This document shows positions 12,276 through 26,365 of a stretch of 64,000 nucleotides of DNA, in pieces (the stretch's first letter is position 1; the number at the start of each line of letters is the position of its first letter). A model generated the notes under the pieces. That model searched no databases and had not been told where the DNA came from. It saw only the letters and a list, made by a program, of their open reading frames with translations. Source of the stretch: Eledone cirrhosa (Eukaryota); NCBI GenBank assembly GCA_964016885.1, contig OZ024750.1:16306001-16370000 (forward strand), given 5' to 3'. Both the position numbers and the translations under genes were made by a program.

Positions 12276-12771
12276 CAGTCATGGGCAACTTGCGGCCCGC
12301 GAAGCTTTCTGAATGGCTCGCCTAAGTCACCTAAGTGAAATATTTCTGATTTTTTCACCCCAACTTTTCAGTCGTAATTTATCTTTCTATTATTTTTACG
12401 ATGAAGGGCGGTGGATTGGCAGTATCAGTAGAGGGTCGGACGCCATGCTTTCCAGCATAGTTACGTCTCTTTACGATCTGAGTTCAAATCCCGCCGAGGT
12501 TGACTTTGCATTTCATCCTTACGGGGTCGATAAAATAAAGTACCAGTAATGCACTGGGTAATTGCTGGCCTTGTGCCTAAAGTAGAAACAATTATTTTGA
12601 CGATCGAGGAAAACAACGTGTACGAATTCTGAAGAAACAAATCAAAACAACCTGAGTTACCACCCTTTTTTTTTTAAATGTGAGCACGAATATAAATTAG
12701 CACTTGCGGCCCGCCTGATGATGAACCATATCTCATGCGGCTCGCTTCTCGAAAAAGGTTGCCCATGTCTG
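12276..12771. mobile_element. hAT-type MITE
   Basis: TIRs CAGTCATGGGCAAC / GTTGCCCATGTCTG, 8-bp TSD AATTACAC/AATTACAG, subterminal GCGGCCCGC motifs. Confidence 0.8.
12406..12596 (+). mobile_element. SINE family 1 nested in the hAT MITE
   Basis: Full consensus. Confidence 0.85.
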
Positions 12772-14154
12772 AATTACAGGTACAGTCCATCTGATGAATC
12801 CAAACAGAGATTACCGACACACTATCACATACAAGGCGTGGGTCAACACGGGACTATGATAAAGGTAAAGTAACTTGCCCAAGATATCACCAAGTGGGAT
12901 CAAATACGAGATGTCTTGATTGCAAAATGAACTTCTTAACCACTCAGCCATACCTGCGTTTGCCACACTTATCATCTAATGATCTAATCGTAGAATAATG
13001 GCGCCTTTGAACGAAGGATAGAAATTGTACCCACCCCTTTACCCCCACCCCTCACCCCCTCACCCCAATTCCTAGATTGATAGCAAAACCCTTACATTAG
13101 CAAATTATTGGCGCGGATGTGTCTGTCATAGGTTTAGCTGTCGGATGATTGATAACTGATGACGTCATTATTACAGAGTTGGCACAGCAGAAGCTGACAG
13201 TCTATTAAAGTCGTCGTCGTCATCGTCCTCCTCCCCCCCCCCTCCTCCTCTATCATCATCATTATATTTATCACATGTCAACCAGCAAACAACGACACCA
13301 CCACCACCACAACCATCAGTATAGCCGCCACCCTGATAAAAAAACTGATATTCTCAGCAATATTTTGGTCCACTGTCAATTGGTTCAGAATCAATCGGAT
13401 CCATCCACTGTTATTATTTTATTATTTTATTATTGCATTCCTGATTCTTGGATTCTTTGATTCTTTTAGTATTTTACTGATTTCACTCCATCGGGCTCCG
13501 GCCAGGCTACGGCATCGCCTCAATAGGATTTATTCGATCATACCGAACCAAGTACTCAGTTTTCCAAGTCTGCTATTTATTATATCGATATCTGTTTGTC
13601 AAACTACTAAGGTACAGGTATGAAGAAACGGTAAACGTCAACACAGACACACATTCGCAAGCACACTGAAGGACAATAACTCACATAGTTATTGTCCTTC
13701 AGAAGATAGTATCACTGTGAGAGGCTAATGTCTTTCAAATATATAACATACCATTTGAAAAAGATGGTCAAATATACAACATACCATTTGAAAAACTACT
13801 GTCCCTTAAAGAGAGACAGAATCACTGTGCATGAAATATGTAATATTTCGATTGCCTAGCTAAACATCTTTCCATCACACGTCACAATTTTAGACAAATT
13901 GTCGACAGTAAAGTCACTAAATGCTAGAAATAGATAGGAAGTCACGTGGATTTCGTATTTGTCAAGGTTATAAGTTCTAGAGTAAACTATCTGAGATTAT
14001 TATCGATCCAGTGTGATGATGTAGTCAAGTGATAGTTAATCTTGTTTATCAAAGCAACCAATCATCTCTCCATCATTTACTGTCAACTGAAGCGACATCT
14101 ATAGTTATTTCATGACAAACAATGATTATATTACTATATAATTGACGTCTACAA

Positions 14155-14198
<44 letters not shown>

Positions 14199-14444
14199 CC
14201 CTCTCTCTCTTATTCTATTTCTCTCTCTCTCCCTGTCCCTGTTCCTCTTTCTCAATCAATCAACAATCTCGCCGTTGTTGACAGTTACCCACTCTTGCTT
14301 CGGTTGGAATCCGCTAGATGGTGCTACGTCTTCAGTTTCCGAAATTCATAGCTGAAGGCTTTCAAATGTTTATTCATAAACATACCGTATATCGCTAGAT
14401 ATACAATATAAATATAAATATACATAACAATATATATATGCATG

Positions 14445-14479
<35 letters not shown>

Positions 14480-15516
14480 ATACATTGTTATAAACATCTG
14501 CCTATGGTCAGGCACATATGTAAGTAAATGAATCCCCATCATTGTCGACGATGAGTATAGAACATTGACTCAAAATGACTGTTCCATAATTAGAACATCG
14601 TCCGTGAGTGGTTGTTCCATAAATGACAATTTGCCATTTCATTATACGTTTACGTTATCGTCTGTTTTCTCAACGTCGCAATAACTGTTTCAACGTTTTT
14701 ATAAATTATCTTTATGTTCTCTTATTTGTCTCCATTGAAACAGCACGAAGAAAGGAAAATTTTTTAATGAAATAATTCTCAAATGTATTTAAATTTATCT
14801 CTTAATTTTTTGCACTGCATGAAAGCACATTGGCAAGACATTCTCGAAAAGTACAAAACAGCACTATATCTACATCACGTTACTAATAAAAGACACTACT
14901 TTATATTACTGCAAATTTTCATAGCGATCTGTCCACTAGTGAAGATACTGTAAACATTTGAATTAATAAACTCATTTTTAGATAATTTCTACAGTATCAT
15001 TACAAGATATTAATAGTTAAAAAAAAAAATGAAAACGAGAATTCAAAACAGAGTTTTATAAACTGACAGAGAAACAAATATATTCCCAAACATAAAAAGT
15101 CACAATGTGACAACAAAAATACAGATTTGTACGATATAAACCGACAACAAAACAACGCAACCTTGTAGAGTATTAACAAGAGTACTACTTTGTACTAATG
15201 TACTAACAGTAACCTCATTTCTAGCATTTCAAATCAAGGAGAGGTTTTAGATATGGGTTTAATTCAGACAAAAAAAACAACAACAAAAAAAAAACAAGTG
15301 TGACAACGGTGTCAAAAAGTGTGCGCTTCCTTACTTAGGTTCTCGTCAGTACTAAGAAAATCAATGAGTCTATAATAGTAAATATTCCTAAATATCCAAA
15401 TTATATTAAATTACTATTTGGGTCTTTTTATTGAAATCTTCTAACATAATTCATGCAATAACATTTTATTAAATAATGTTCCAAACACAAACATTCTAAC
15501 GCATTGGCTGAGATAT

Positions 15517-15559
15517 ACAGTCCTGATGAAGAGTAATGACTCAGAAATATGTTGATAGT
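15517..15559 (+). ncRNA. Possible minimal hammerhead ribozyme
   Basis: ACAGTC-CTGATGA-aGAGT aatg ACTCa-GAAA-TATG-TT-GATAGT; stem I pairs 5 of 6. Confidence 0.45.
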
Positions 15560-15669
15560 TCCTCAAAGCCAGTGTTGAACAAATAGGTGACGATCGGTCA
15601 CCGGCACAGCTTCTAATCGGGCTCGTTTGTTTAGAAACGAATCGAGCATTATTATTAATGTTCGATAAA

Positions 15670-15888
15670 AGGCGGTGGATTAGCAGTATCGGTAGAGTCG
15701 GAGACCATGCTTTGCAGCATAGAGTTACGGCCCTTTATGATCTGAGTTCAAATCCCGCCGATGTTAACTTTGCCTTTCATCTTTACGGGGTCGATAAAAT
15801 AAAGTACCAGTCACGCATTGGAGTCGATTTAATCGACTTCTTCTCCCCCCAAATTGCTGGCCTTGTGCTTATATAAGAAACCATTATT
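15670..15888 (+). mobile_element. SINE family 1, long-form variant
   Basis: Extra gtcgatttaatcgact..ccccc segment between core and tail, as at 58752-58955. Confidence 0.85.
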
Positions 15889-15938
15889 AATGTTCAATAT
15901 AATCGATACTTACATATGTGTATGTATATATGTGTGTG

Positions 15939-15971
<33 letters not shown>

Positions 15972-16261
15972 ATATATATGTGTGTGTGTGTGTGTGTGTA
16001 TGTATATATGTGTGTACGTATGCATACTTACCTCCAAATATTGATAATATTCAAAATTATTTGAAACGAAAAACGATATATTTGATAAGAATTATGGCAA
16101 TGAAAAGGTTTAGCAATTTATTTTTAATGTGGGTTTTTATGGACTTCGTTAGTGGGTTTCAAATTTGAATGCAGGTGAAATATCGTCAATGGACAATGGT
16201 TTCCTCACTCTTGCTCTATGTCTTGGTTTTTCTAATTAATCGTTCTATTTAATCGCTCTCA

Positions 16262-16785
16262 TTGATCATTCGTTGATAGCTCTTCTTGATCGCTCTTTTT
16301 GATCTCTCTTCTTGATCGCTCTTTTTGATCTCTCTTTTTGATTTCTCTTCTTGATAGCTCTTCTTGATAGCTCTTCTTGATAGCTCTTCTTGATAGCTCT
16401 TCTTGATAGCTCTTCTTGATAGCTCTTCTTGATCGCTCTTCTTGATCGCTCTTCTTGATCGCTCTTCTTGATCGCTCTTCTTGATAGCTCTTTTTGATAG
16501 CTCATCTTGATCGCTCTTCTTGATCACTCTTCTTGATCTCTCTTCATGATCGCTCTTTTTGATAGCTCTTCATGATAGCTCTTCTTGATCGCTCTTTTTG
16601 ATAGCTCTTCATGATAGCTCTTCTTGATCGCTCTTTTTGATAGCTCTTCTTGATAGTTCTTCTTGATCGCCCTTCTTGATCGCTCTTCTTGATAGCTCTT
16701 CTTGGTCGTTCTTTTTGATAGCTCTTTTTGATCTCTCTTCTTGATTGTTCTACTTGATCGCTTTTTTTGATCGCTCTACTTAATC
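16262..16785. repeat. 13-bp minisatellite ttgat(a/c)gctcttc
   Basis: About 40 tandem units. Confidence 0.95.
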
Positions 16786-16851
16786 GGTCTAGGTGGTTTC
16801 TCTCACAAGGCTTGGGTTGGCCTATGGTTACGGTTAAAATTGTTTACTACT

Positions 16852-17100
16852 GCCGAGCTTCTCTCCGCAAGATCGGAACGTCAGCAGCCCTTCTGAGAAA
16901 GGAACCACGCGAGGTGGGGAAGCTGTTGCAGCGGGTGTCACCGGTCATTGTCCGCGGAAAATGATTTTACGTTCTTGTCTGCGGGGCGCGCCCCAACACC
17001 GCCTCGCCCTAGACCCAGAGCCCATCACCATCCTCCTTCCTATTCCCTCTTCCATTCTTCTGTGACCCTAGAGCCCTTACATTTCCCTTCCTTTCCCGTT
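16852..17100 (+). pseudogene. Second decayed CRE-clade 3' end (ORF end plus 3' UTR)
   Basis: LRKIGTSAALLRKEPREVGKLLQRVSPVIVRGK aligns with IGVELASRRWEPRELEWLFQRVSLAVLRGN at 651-740; the downstream segment resembles 61021-61090. Confidence 0.6.
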
Positions 17101-17232
17101 TTTAAACATTTGTAGTGATTTTCTAATTAATTTATAGTCATTCATTCATGTAGTTACTCATTTTATTAAAGAGACGTTTATCTTTATTAGAAAAAAAAAA
17201 TACTATGCAATAGTATTGAACTTGGATCCTTA

Positions 17233-17325
17233 TGGAACGACGGTGGCGTGTTGGATAATGTCCTGGAACGTCGGTGGCGTGTTGGATAATGTCCTGGAAC
17301 GTCGGTGGCGTGTTGGATAATATCC
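17233..17325. repeat. 31-bp tandem repeat x3
   Basis: ggaacgtcggtggcgtgttggataatgtcct. Confidence 0.9.
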
Positions 17326-17439
17326 TCTTAAATATACTATGACTGAAGAAATGGGATGGTCACGGCTGGAACACTGATGATGATAGATCTGCTCAATAAA
17401 CGTTTAAACAACAGCAATAACAGCAACACCAACAAGAAC

Positions 17440-17628
17440 ATCACTGCCATCACCACCACCACCACCACTATCATCATCGCTGCCGCCACTATCATCATCG
17501 CTACCATCATTATCCTCGTCATCAGCACCATTGACACCGTCATCACCATCACTACCATTAGTAACATCGCAACAACAACCTGCACCGCCACCACCAACAC
17601 CACCACCACCACCACCACCACAACAACC

Positions 17629-17659
<31 letters not shown>

Positions 17660-18130
17660 CCACCACCACCACCGCCACCACCACCGCCACCACCACCACC
17701 ACCACCAGCAACATCACCGCCACCACCACCACCACCACCACCACCACCACAACAACCACAACCACCACCACCACAGCCAACACAACCATCAACACTATGC
17801 ACTACTGTCACCCTCACCACCACCACCAGCACCACCACCGCCACCAGCACAACCAACACCACCACCACCACCACCACCACCAGCACCACCACCGCCACCA
17901 GCACAACCAACACCACCACCACCACCACCACCACCACCAGCACCACCACCACCAGCACCACCACCGCCACCACCACAACCAACACCACCACCACCACCAC
18001 CACCACCACCAGCAACATCACCGCCACCAACAACAACAACAACACCACCACCACCACCAGCAACACCAGCAACACCACCACCACCACCATCACCACCATC
18101 ACCACCACCACCACCACCACCACCAGCAAC

Positions 18131-18161
<31 letters not shown>

Positions 18162-18331
18162 CTACCACCACAACCACAACCAACACCACCACCACCACCA
18201 CCAGCAACACCACCACCACCACCACCAGCAACACCAGCAACACCACCACCACCAACAACAACAACAACAACACTACCACCACAACCACAACCAACACCAC
18301 CACCACCACCACCACCACCACCACCACCACC

Positions 18332-18363
<32 letters not shown>

Positions 18364-18542
18364 CAACACTACCACCACAACCACAACCAACACAACCATC
18401 AACACTATGCACTACTATCCCCCTCACCACCACCATCACCACCACCACCACCACCACCGCCATCACCACCACCATCACCACCATCACCATCACCACCAAC
18501 ACCACCGCCACCACCACCACCACCACCACCACCACCACCACC

Positions 18543-18574
<32 letters not shown>

Positions 18575-18600
18575 CAACACTACCACCACCGCCACCACTT
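17440..18600. repeat. Complex (CCA/CAA/CAG)n microsatellite
   Basis: Direct inspection; source of poly-H/T/P ORFs. Confidence 0.95.
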
Positions 18601-18829
18601 TCAGTATATATATTAGCCATGATACAGTTGTATGTGTGTGCATGTGTGTGTATGTATACGAATGTGTGTGTGTGTGTATATGTGCGTATCAGTCTGTATG
18701 TACGTATAGGTATGTGTGTCTATATGTATGTGTATACATGTCTATATTTGTGTGTGTGTGTTGTGGGTGTGTCTGTATGTGTATATACGCATGTATATAT
18801 GTCAGTGTGTAAATCTCTCTCTATATATA

Positions 18830-18866
<37 letters not shown>

Positions 18867-19142
18867 ATAACTGTCTGTATGTGTATATAGCCGTATGTAT
18901 GTACGTATATAAATATGTGAGTATGTGTGTGTGTGTGTGTGTGTATATATCTGTCTCTATGTAAATGTGTGTTGGTGTATATGTGTGTATATATATATAT
19001 ACCTGTCTCTATGTAAATGTGTGTTGGTGTATATGTGTGTATATATATATATACCTGTCTCTATGTAAATGTGTGTTGGTGTATGTATATATATATATGT
19101 ATATAAATATATATATGGCTCTATGTAAATGTGTGTTGGTGC

Positions 19143-19213
<71 letters not shown>

Positions 19214-19273
19214 CATGTCTCTATGTAAATGTGTGTTGGTGTATGTATATATATATATATATATGTATATATA

Positions 19274-19985
19274 TAATGTAGGAGGTGAGTTTTATTGTAG
19301 TACAATAAAGCAATGCAGATATCGGATAAGAAGCACTCTACAGTTTGTGGGACTGGAGTATGCATAATATAAGATCAAAAGATGGTTAAAGGAGTTCCAT
19401 GTATTTTATTATGCGCATTTCAAAAACAAACATCATCAAGCAATAATATTTGTGTTTTCATCAGATAAAACAGGAGAACATGATATGAAGGCTAAAAAAC
19501 ACTTGTGGATAGTGCAGTTTTAAATCAACATATGAAAAGTGGTTTTAGATTGATGTGTGATATTGGGAAAAATATTTTATTTAGAGAGGGGGGGGGGGAT
19601 GAAAAGGGAAGGAGATGAGAGGGAGAGATGGGTGATAGAGAGAAAGAGATAGTTTTTATAACTGAGAGGAGATATATTTTTTACATAGAGAGGTTGAAAA
19701 CCGTTGGAAGATACTGTATAAATTAAAAATTTTGAAAATTAACGAAGGGAGGATATGTGCGAGGAAAAAATATTTTATTTAGGGAGGGGGGGGGGGTGAA
19801 AACACAAATATTATTGCTTGATGATGTTTGTTTTTGAAATGCACATAATAAAATATATGGAACTCCTTTAACCATCTTTTGATCTTATATTATGCATACT
19901 CCAGTCCCACAAACTGTAGAGTGCTTCTTATCCGATATCTGCATTGCTTTATTGTACTACAATAAAACTCACCTCCTACATTATA
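19274..19985. mobile_element. Fold-back element family B (arms 19274-19460 and 19797-19983)
   Basis: About 187-bp inverted arms with a few mismatches, both outer ends in (TA)n; rearranged copy at 56186-56415. Confidence 0.85.
19402..19472 (-). ncRNA. Minimal type-I hammerhead ribozyme, family B
   Basis: TGTTTTAT-CTGATGA-AAAcACAAATATTATT..GATGATGTTTGTtTTT-GAAA-TGCGCA-TA-ATAAAATA; stem III is the palindrome ATGCGCAT. Confidence 0.8.
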
Positions 19986-20004
19986 TATGTATATATATAG
20001 GAAC

Positions 20005-20144
20005 GAGTAGGACCCCGATGGCTGAGCTCAAGCTGTTTCGACGGGTAATTCTGGACTCAGTCCAGAATTACCCACTCTACTACTCTAAGTATTGAGTACT
20101 TTGGTGCGTTATGGTCCATCTGGTTCCTTACCACATTTCCTTCG

Positions 20145-20145
<1 letters not shown>
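20005..20145. mobile_element. Family I element with inverted 5' part
   Basis: Hairpin gggtaattctggact-c-agtccagaattaccc (20043-20073) joins an inverted segment to the family I 3' part. Confidence 0.65.
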
Positions 20146-20205
<60 letters not shown>

Positions 20206-20231
20206 CATGTCTCTATGTAAATGTGTCGGTG

Positions 20232-20298
<67 letters not shown>

Positions 20299-20319
20299 GC
20301 ATACATGTCACTATGTAAA

Positions 20320-20358
<39 letters not shown>

Positions 20359-20391
20359 GTCTCTATGTAAATGTGTGTCGGTGTATGTGTG

Positions 20392-20433
<42 letters not shown>

Positions 20434-20525
20434 TGTCTCTATGTAAATGTGTGTTGGTGTATGTGTGTGTGTGTGTGTATATATATACATACACACATGT
20501 CTCTATGTAAATGTGTGTTGGTGTA

Positions 20526-20566
<41 letters not shown>

Positions 20567-20593
20567 GTCTCTATGTAAATGTGTGTTGGTGTA

Positions 20594-20632
<39 letters not shown>

Positions 20633-20725
20633 GTCTCTATGTAAATGTGTGATGGTGTATGTATGTGTATATATATATATATATATATACATACATGTCT
20701 CTATGTAAATGTGTGATGGTGTATG

Positions 20726-20767
<42 letters not shown>

Positions 20768-20801
20768 CATGTCTCTATGTAAATGTGTGATGGTGTATGT
20801 G

Positions 20802-20851
<50 letters not shown>

Positions 20852-21181
20852 AATGTCTCTATGTAAATGTGTGATGGTGTATGTATGTGTGTGTATATAT
20901 ATATACATACATGTCTCTATGTAAATGTGTGATGGTGTATGTGTGTGTATATATATATATATATATACATACATGCCTCTATGTAAATGTGTGATGGTGT
21001 ATGTGTGTGTGTATATATATATATACATACATGTCTCTATGTAAATGTGTGATGGTGTATGTGTGTGTGTATATATATATACATACATGTCTCTATGTAA
21101 ATGTGTGATGGTGTATGTGTTTGTGTATATATATATATACATACTTACATGTCTCTATGTAAATGTGTGATGGTGTATGTG

Positions 21182-21235
<54 letters not shown>

Positions 21236-21483
21236 AATGTCTCTATGTAAATGTGTGTTGGTGTATGTGTGTGTGTATATATATATACATATATACATGT
21301 CTCTATGTAAATGTGTGGTGGTGTATGTATGTGTGTATATATATATACATACATGCCTCTATGTAAATGTGTGGTGCTGTATGTATGTGTACATTCTAAA
21401 AATCTTCATTGACGTCATACACCTCCCTCGTTTAGAAAGTTAGATGTTGTTTTCATGGCAACCTACTTGACATAACGAGAGCC

Positions 21484-21824
21484 GCTACTACTGCTGTTAC
21501 TCCTACTGCTACTACTACTACTGCTACTACTGCTACTACTGCTACTACTACTACTACTACTACTACTACTGCTGTTACTCCTACTGTTACTACTACTACT
21601 GCTACTACTGCTGTTACTGCTGTTACTACTGCTGTTACTCCTACTGCTACTACTACTACTGCTACTACTGCTACTACTGCTACTACTACTACTACTGCTG
21701 CTACTACTGCTACTACTGCTGTTACTGCTGCTACTACTGCTGTTACTACTACTGCTACTGCTACTACTACTACTGCTACTACTGCTGTTACTACTACTAC
21801 TGCTGTTACTACTACTACTGCTGT

Positions 21825-21873
<49 letters not shown>

Positions 21874-21878
21874 GCTGT

Positions 21879-21918
<40 letters not shown>

Positions 21919-22112
21919 GATGTTACTGCTGCTGCCACTACTACTACCACCACCACCACCACTGATACTACTACCACTACTACTACCACCACCACCACTG
22001 CTACTACTACCACTACTAGTACTGCTACTACTACTACCACTACTACCACCACCACCACTGCTACTACTACCACTACTACTACTAGTACTACTACTACTAC
22101 TACTACTACTAC
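21484..22112. repeat. (CTA/CTG/CCA)n complex microsatellite
   Basis: Direct inspection. Confidence 0.95.
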
Positions 22113-22184
22113 TGGTAGTCGTGTTACTTAATTCCACACTATTAACACTCAGACTTTCACACATCTTCCTAAAACTTCACACCA

Positions 22185-22500
22185 TCTTATTCCTTCTTTC
22201 TTTCTTTCTTTCCTTCTTTCTTTCATTCCTTCTTGCTTTCTTTCTTTCTTTCTTTCATTCCTTCTTTCTTCCATTCCTTCCTTCTTTCTTGCGTTCTTTC
22301 TGTCATTCCTTCTTTCTTTCCTTCTTTCTTCCTTTCTTGTCTTACTTCCATTCTTTCTTTCTTTCGTTTTTTCTTTCTTTCTTCTTTTTTCCTTTCTGTC
22401 TTCCTTCCATTCTTCCTTCCATTCTTCCTTTCTGTCTACCTTTTTTCTTCTTCCCTTCTTTTTTTTTCTTCCTTTTTTACATGCATTCTTTCTTTTTTTC
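22185..22500. repeat. (TTTC/TTCC)n pyrimidine tract
   Basis: Direct inspection. Confidence 0.9.
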
Positions 22501-22767
22501 CACCCTGTAATATCACTGTTATAGTCGAATGATTAAGGAGTGTGTTTCGCAATCATTAGGTTCCGAGTTTAATTCCAGCGGTTGTTATTTACCGTAGCCA
22601 GAAGTTGACCCAAACGTTGGGTCGACAGAAACTGAAAAGAAGCCTGCCAAATGGACTGTAAGTCCTTGGCAGGACTAAAGTGTCATGTTCAGGTCACTCA
22701 TGTGTGCGAGATGGACCAGGTGATGGCAATTCTAGAAGTCAAGCTATAGCTACCATGTATGTATATA

Positions 22768-23039
22768 CCGTATTTCCCAGCGTCGAAGACGCTACTTTTT
22801 ACCTAAAATAAGTCTTAAAAATCTACCATGCGTCCTAGAGGCCGAAGATTGTTTATTGCCGAGGTTGACTTTGCCTTTCGTCCTTACGGGGTCGATAAAA
22901 TAAAGTACCAGTAATGCACTGGGTAGTTGCTGGCCTTGTGCCTAAAGTAGAAACAATTATTCTTTTTTTTCAGATTTTTGGTTGTCAAAATTAGGGTGCG
23001 TCCTCGAGGACGAAGCGTCTTCGGTGCCGGGAAATACGC
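22768..23039. mobile_element. Tc1/mariner (pogo/Tc2-like) MITE with a nested SINE-1 fragment (22858-22961)
   Basis: TIRs CCGTATTTCCCAGCGTCGAAGACGC / GCGTCTTCGGTGCCGGGAAATACGC; preceded by TA. Confidence 0.7.
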
Positions 23040-23061
23040 TGTGTATGTATTCGACGGTAGA

Positions 23062-23421
23062 TCAGGCTCGGGAGACCATGCTTAATGCGCCTGGAGTTAT
23101 GGCTAATATTTGGCATCGTCTGCTGTGACTGTGCAGACCGATGCATGAGTGACAGTACTTGTTGCACTTGGTGCAGATATATCTAGAATCCTGGACTGCA
23201 CTTTTTTCGGTCCCTCTTTTCGGTCCCTCTGCAAGTTGACTTCTTTTTTTGCATCTGCATCTGAAATGCCCTTGCGGACAGTCTGATGCCAAGCATTGCG
23301 TTCCCCAGTCTGTCTCTCCTAGCTGGAAGGAGGGATGTTGCAGGCTTTCATGCCTCTCTTACGTGCGTCCCTGAAACGGAGCCATGGGCGACCCACTCGC
23401 CTGATACCGCTGGCCAGTTCA
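23062..23421 (-). pseudogene. 3' end of an RTE-clade LINE ORF (decayed)
   Basis: ELASGIRRVGRPWLRFRDARKRGMKACNI ... RNAWHQTVRKGI ... YICTKCNKYCHSCIGLHSHSRRC, the RTE C-terminal C2H2-like motif; frameshifted. Confidence 0.8.
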
Positions 23422-23581
23422 CAATCTACAAATCAATCCCAGACCAATCTTCTCATCAATGACTGAGATAACAAATTTATAATAACTTCATATAATAATT
23501 AGTAGACCTTCTGGAAATCCCACAGTTTAATTAGAGATAACCACCAAGTTTCAAAGATCAATACCGAATTTTAAATGATTT

Positions 23582-23649
<68 letters not shown>

Positions 23650-23941
23650 AACTTTTTAAATTGCATTTGTGATAACATTTTACACGTTTTTATTGTATGT
23701 AAACTTCCCCCTTTGTATTTGTCCCCTTCTTTTGTGCCTCTGTGGCTAATAAAGAAACATATCTATCTATCTACCTACCTATCAATCTATATCCCTCTCT
23801 CTCGCGCACACTCGTACAATCTCCTTTATATAAAGACTTGTTACTGCATTGGATTAAAAACATTTTTACGGCAATGCCGCTAACCCAACTCATTCTTTTT
23901 TCCTCGATCTCTTCCTCTGTTTCTCTCCCCCACTTTCTCTC

Positions 23942-24020
<79 letters not shown>

Positions 24021-24521
24021 CTCTCTCTCTCTCTCCGTCTCTCTATCCTTCTCTACACATCGTTGCCTAAAATATTATAAAATATTTGACGTTGTATGAG
24101 AGATTTATATTTTTGTTGCAATTATTTCTTGAAAAAAAAAATTTTTTTTTTCTGCACAGCAAAATATATAAATGCTATCCAAATGTAATTCTTCACAATA
24201 TCCGATGGTTTTTTTTCTTCTAAAATTCCCAAGTTGAACTCGCAAAATATTCATAGAAAATATAACAATTCCTAGGATAAATTTGGGATTCATTTTGTGC
24301 TATTTTCGACACAGTCTTCTGAAATTCTTCACAAAGAATCTATTGTGTTTGTATTTTGTACAGTTTATCATGTGGATTTTAAATAAGTTTTCTTAGTGTT
24401 TTTGTGGTGTTGGTTTTAGTGTTTTAATTTTGAGATGTTACTTTTTAATCGTTTAAGATATTAAAATATTATTTTCATGCGCATGTGTGCATGTATGTGT
24501 GTCTGTGTACATGTATGTGTA

Positions 24522-24555
<34 letters not shown>

Positions 24556-24614
24556 TATGTGTATGTGTGCATCTGTGTGTACGTGTTTATATGAAAATAA
24601 TTGTATACCCACTG

Positions 24615-24645
<31 letters not shown>

Positions 24646-24658
24646 TATATATATATAT

Positions 24659-24743
<85 letters not shown>

Positions 24744-25086
24744 TACATACATATATACATAGATATGTATATACTATATCTAAACACATACATACACGCA
24801 GACATGTGTGTGTGTGGGTAGGTATACCTGTGTGTGTCTGCGTGTGTGTATGCATGTATGTATGTATGTATGTAATAATAATACAAGGACGATTTGTTAA
24901 ACCTTCATTCCGTTTATTGATCGGTGACGCGCGTTTCGCTATTGATCAACTCAAGGTTCGATCTGTATCGATCTGGCCTGACTCTACACCTCGCTACTGA
25001 CATGAACCTAAGAACCTAAACATCGAGTGCTCACCTGGGTGAACCTACAGTAACTTCATGTTACATTCCCTGGATATATATATATA

Positions 25087-25165
25087 CATATTGGGTCGTC
25101 AAGTATAAAATTTGTAGAAATTTGTTTTTTTTCTACAAATTTCTACAAATTTCATACTTGACGAC

Positions 25166-25172
<7 letters not shown>
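25087..25172. repeat. Short fold-back inverted repeat within (TA)n
   Basis: attgggtcgtcaagtat.aaatttgtagaaatttg / caaatttctacaaattt.atacttgacgacccaat. Confidence 0.85.
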
Positions 25173-25532
<360 letters not shown>

Positions 25533-26365
25533 TATATATATATATAACTTCGGCTGCAGTTCGCATTAGAGCGTTAGTTAGAGCGTTGGATATTTGTTCC
25601 AGCTTTCTGCTTTGTCAGTTCAAATCTCTTTGCCTTTCAATCCTTTAGGGGTCGATGATAATATAAGAGCTATATGCTAGTGCAGCCCTCTCTCCTTTCA
25701 GCTGCGACATTCTGGATGATCCATTGTATTAAGTGAAGAAGGATCAGAAAGGTGGCTACTGTATCTGTTCACGAACTACATGGGGACCTAAAATCCCTAC
25801 TGAAAGCAAAGCATGGTACATTCTACCAAATCCTACTCAATTATGTGTGACGTGTGTAATAGTGTTGTTAGCTATGGCATTTCAGAAAAAACAAAACAAC
25901 CCAAAAACGTGGAATGATAAATAACCTTGATTTTAGCTTAACGGCTTTTGCAAATGGGCGACAAACAGCATCTTTGTTTATTATATACTCTAGAGTTTCG
26001 CTCTTATAAAGAAACTATATGTTTACCACTTGGGGCTTTTCCAAGTTTACACGTGAAGAAGAGTACAAATCCATTCGTAAACACAAACAATCACACACAA
26101 CAAAATACACACATATACATGTACATGTGTATATACATAAATACATACATACATATATACATGTACATGTGTACATACATAAATACATACATGTACATGT
26201 GAATATACATAAATACATACATACATACATACATACATACATACATACATACATACATAAATACATATATACATATATATATATACACATGCACACACAC
26301 AAATATATATATATATATATACACATGCACACACACACAAATATGTATATATATATATATATATG

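Larger units (their letters stand above)
18950..21390 (+). repeat. Interrupted minisatellite: conserved catgtctctatgtaaatgtgtg(t/a)tggtgtatg plus variable (TG)n(TA)n spacers
   Basis: About 5 units in 18950-19260 and about 20 units in 20200-21390, split by inserted elements. Confidence 0.9.

Noticed and set aside
18950-21390. CRISPR array
   Set aside because: Spacers are only TA/TG microsatellite, the context is eukaryotic and there are no cas genes.
24915-24975. GAAACGCGCGTC (Penelope-like stem III) on the minus strand
   Set aside because: No CUGANGA or stem II is recognisable upstream.
25692-25870. Possible exon after the ctctctcctttcag acceptor
   Set aside because: All three frames hit stops within about 35 nt and no recognisable protein results.
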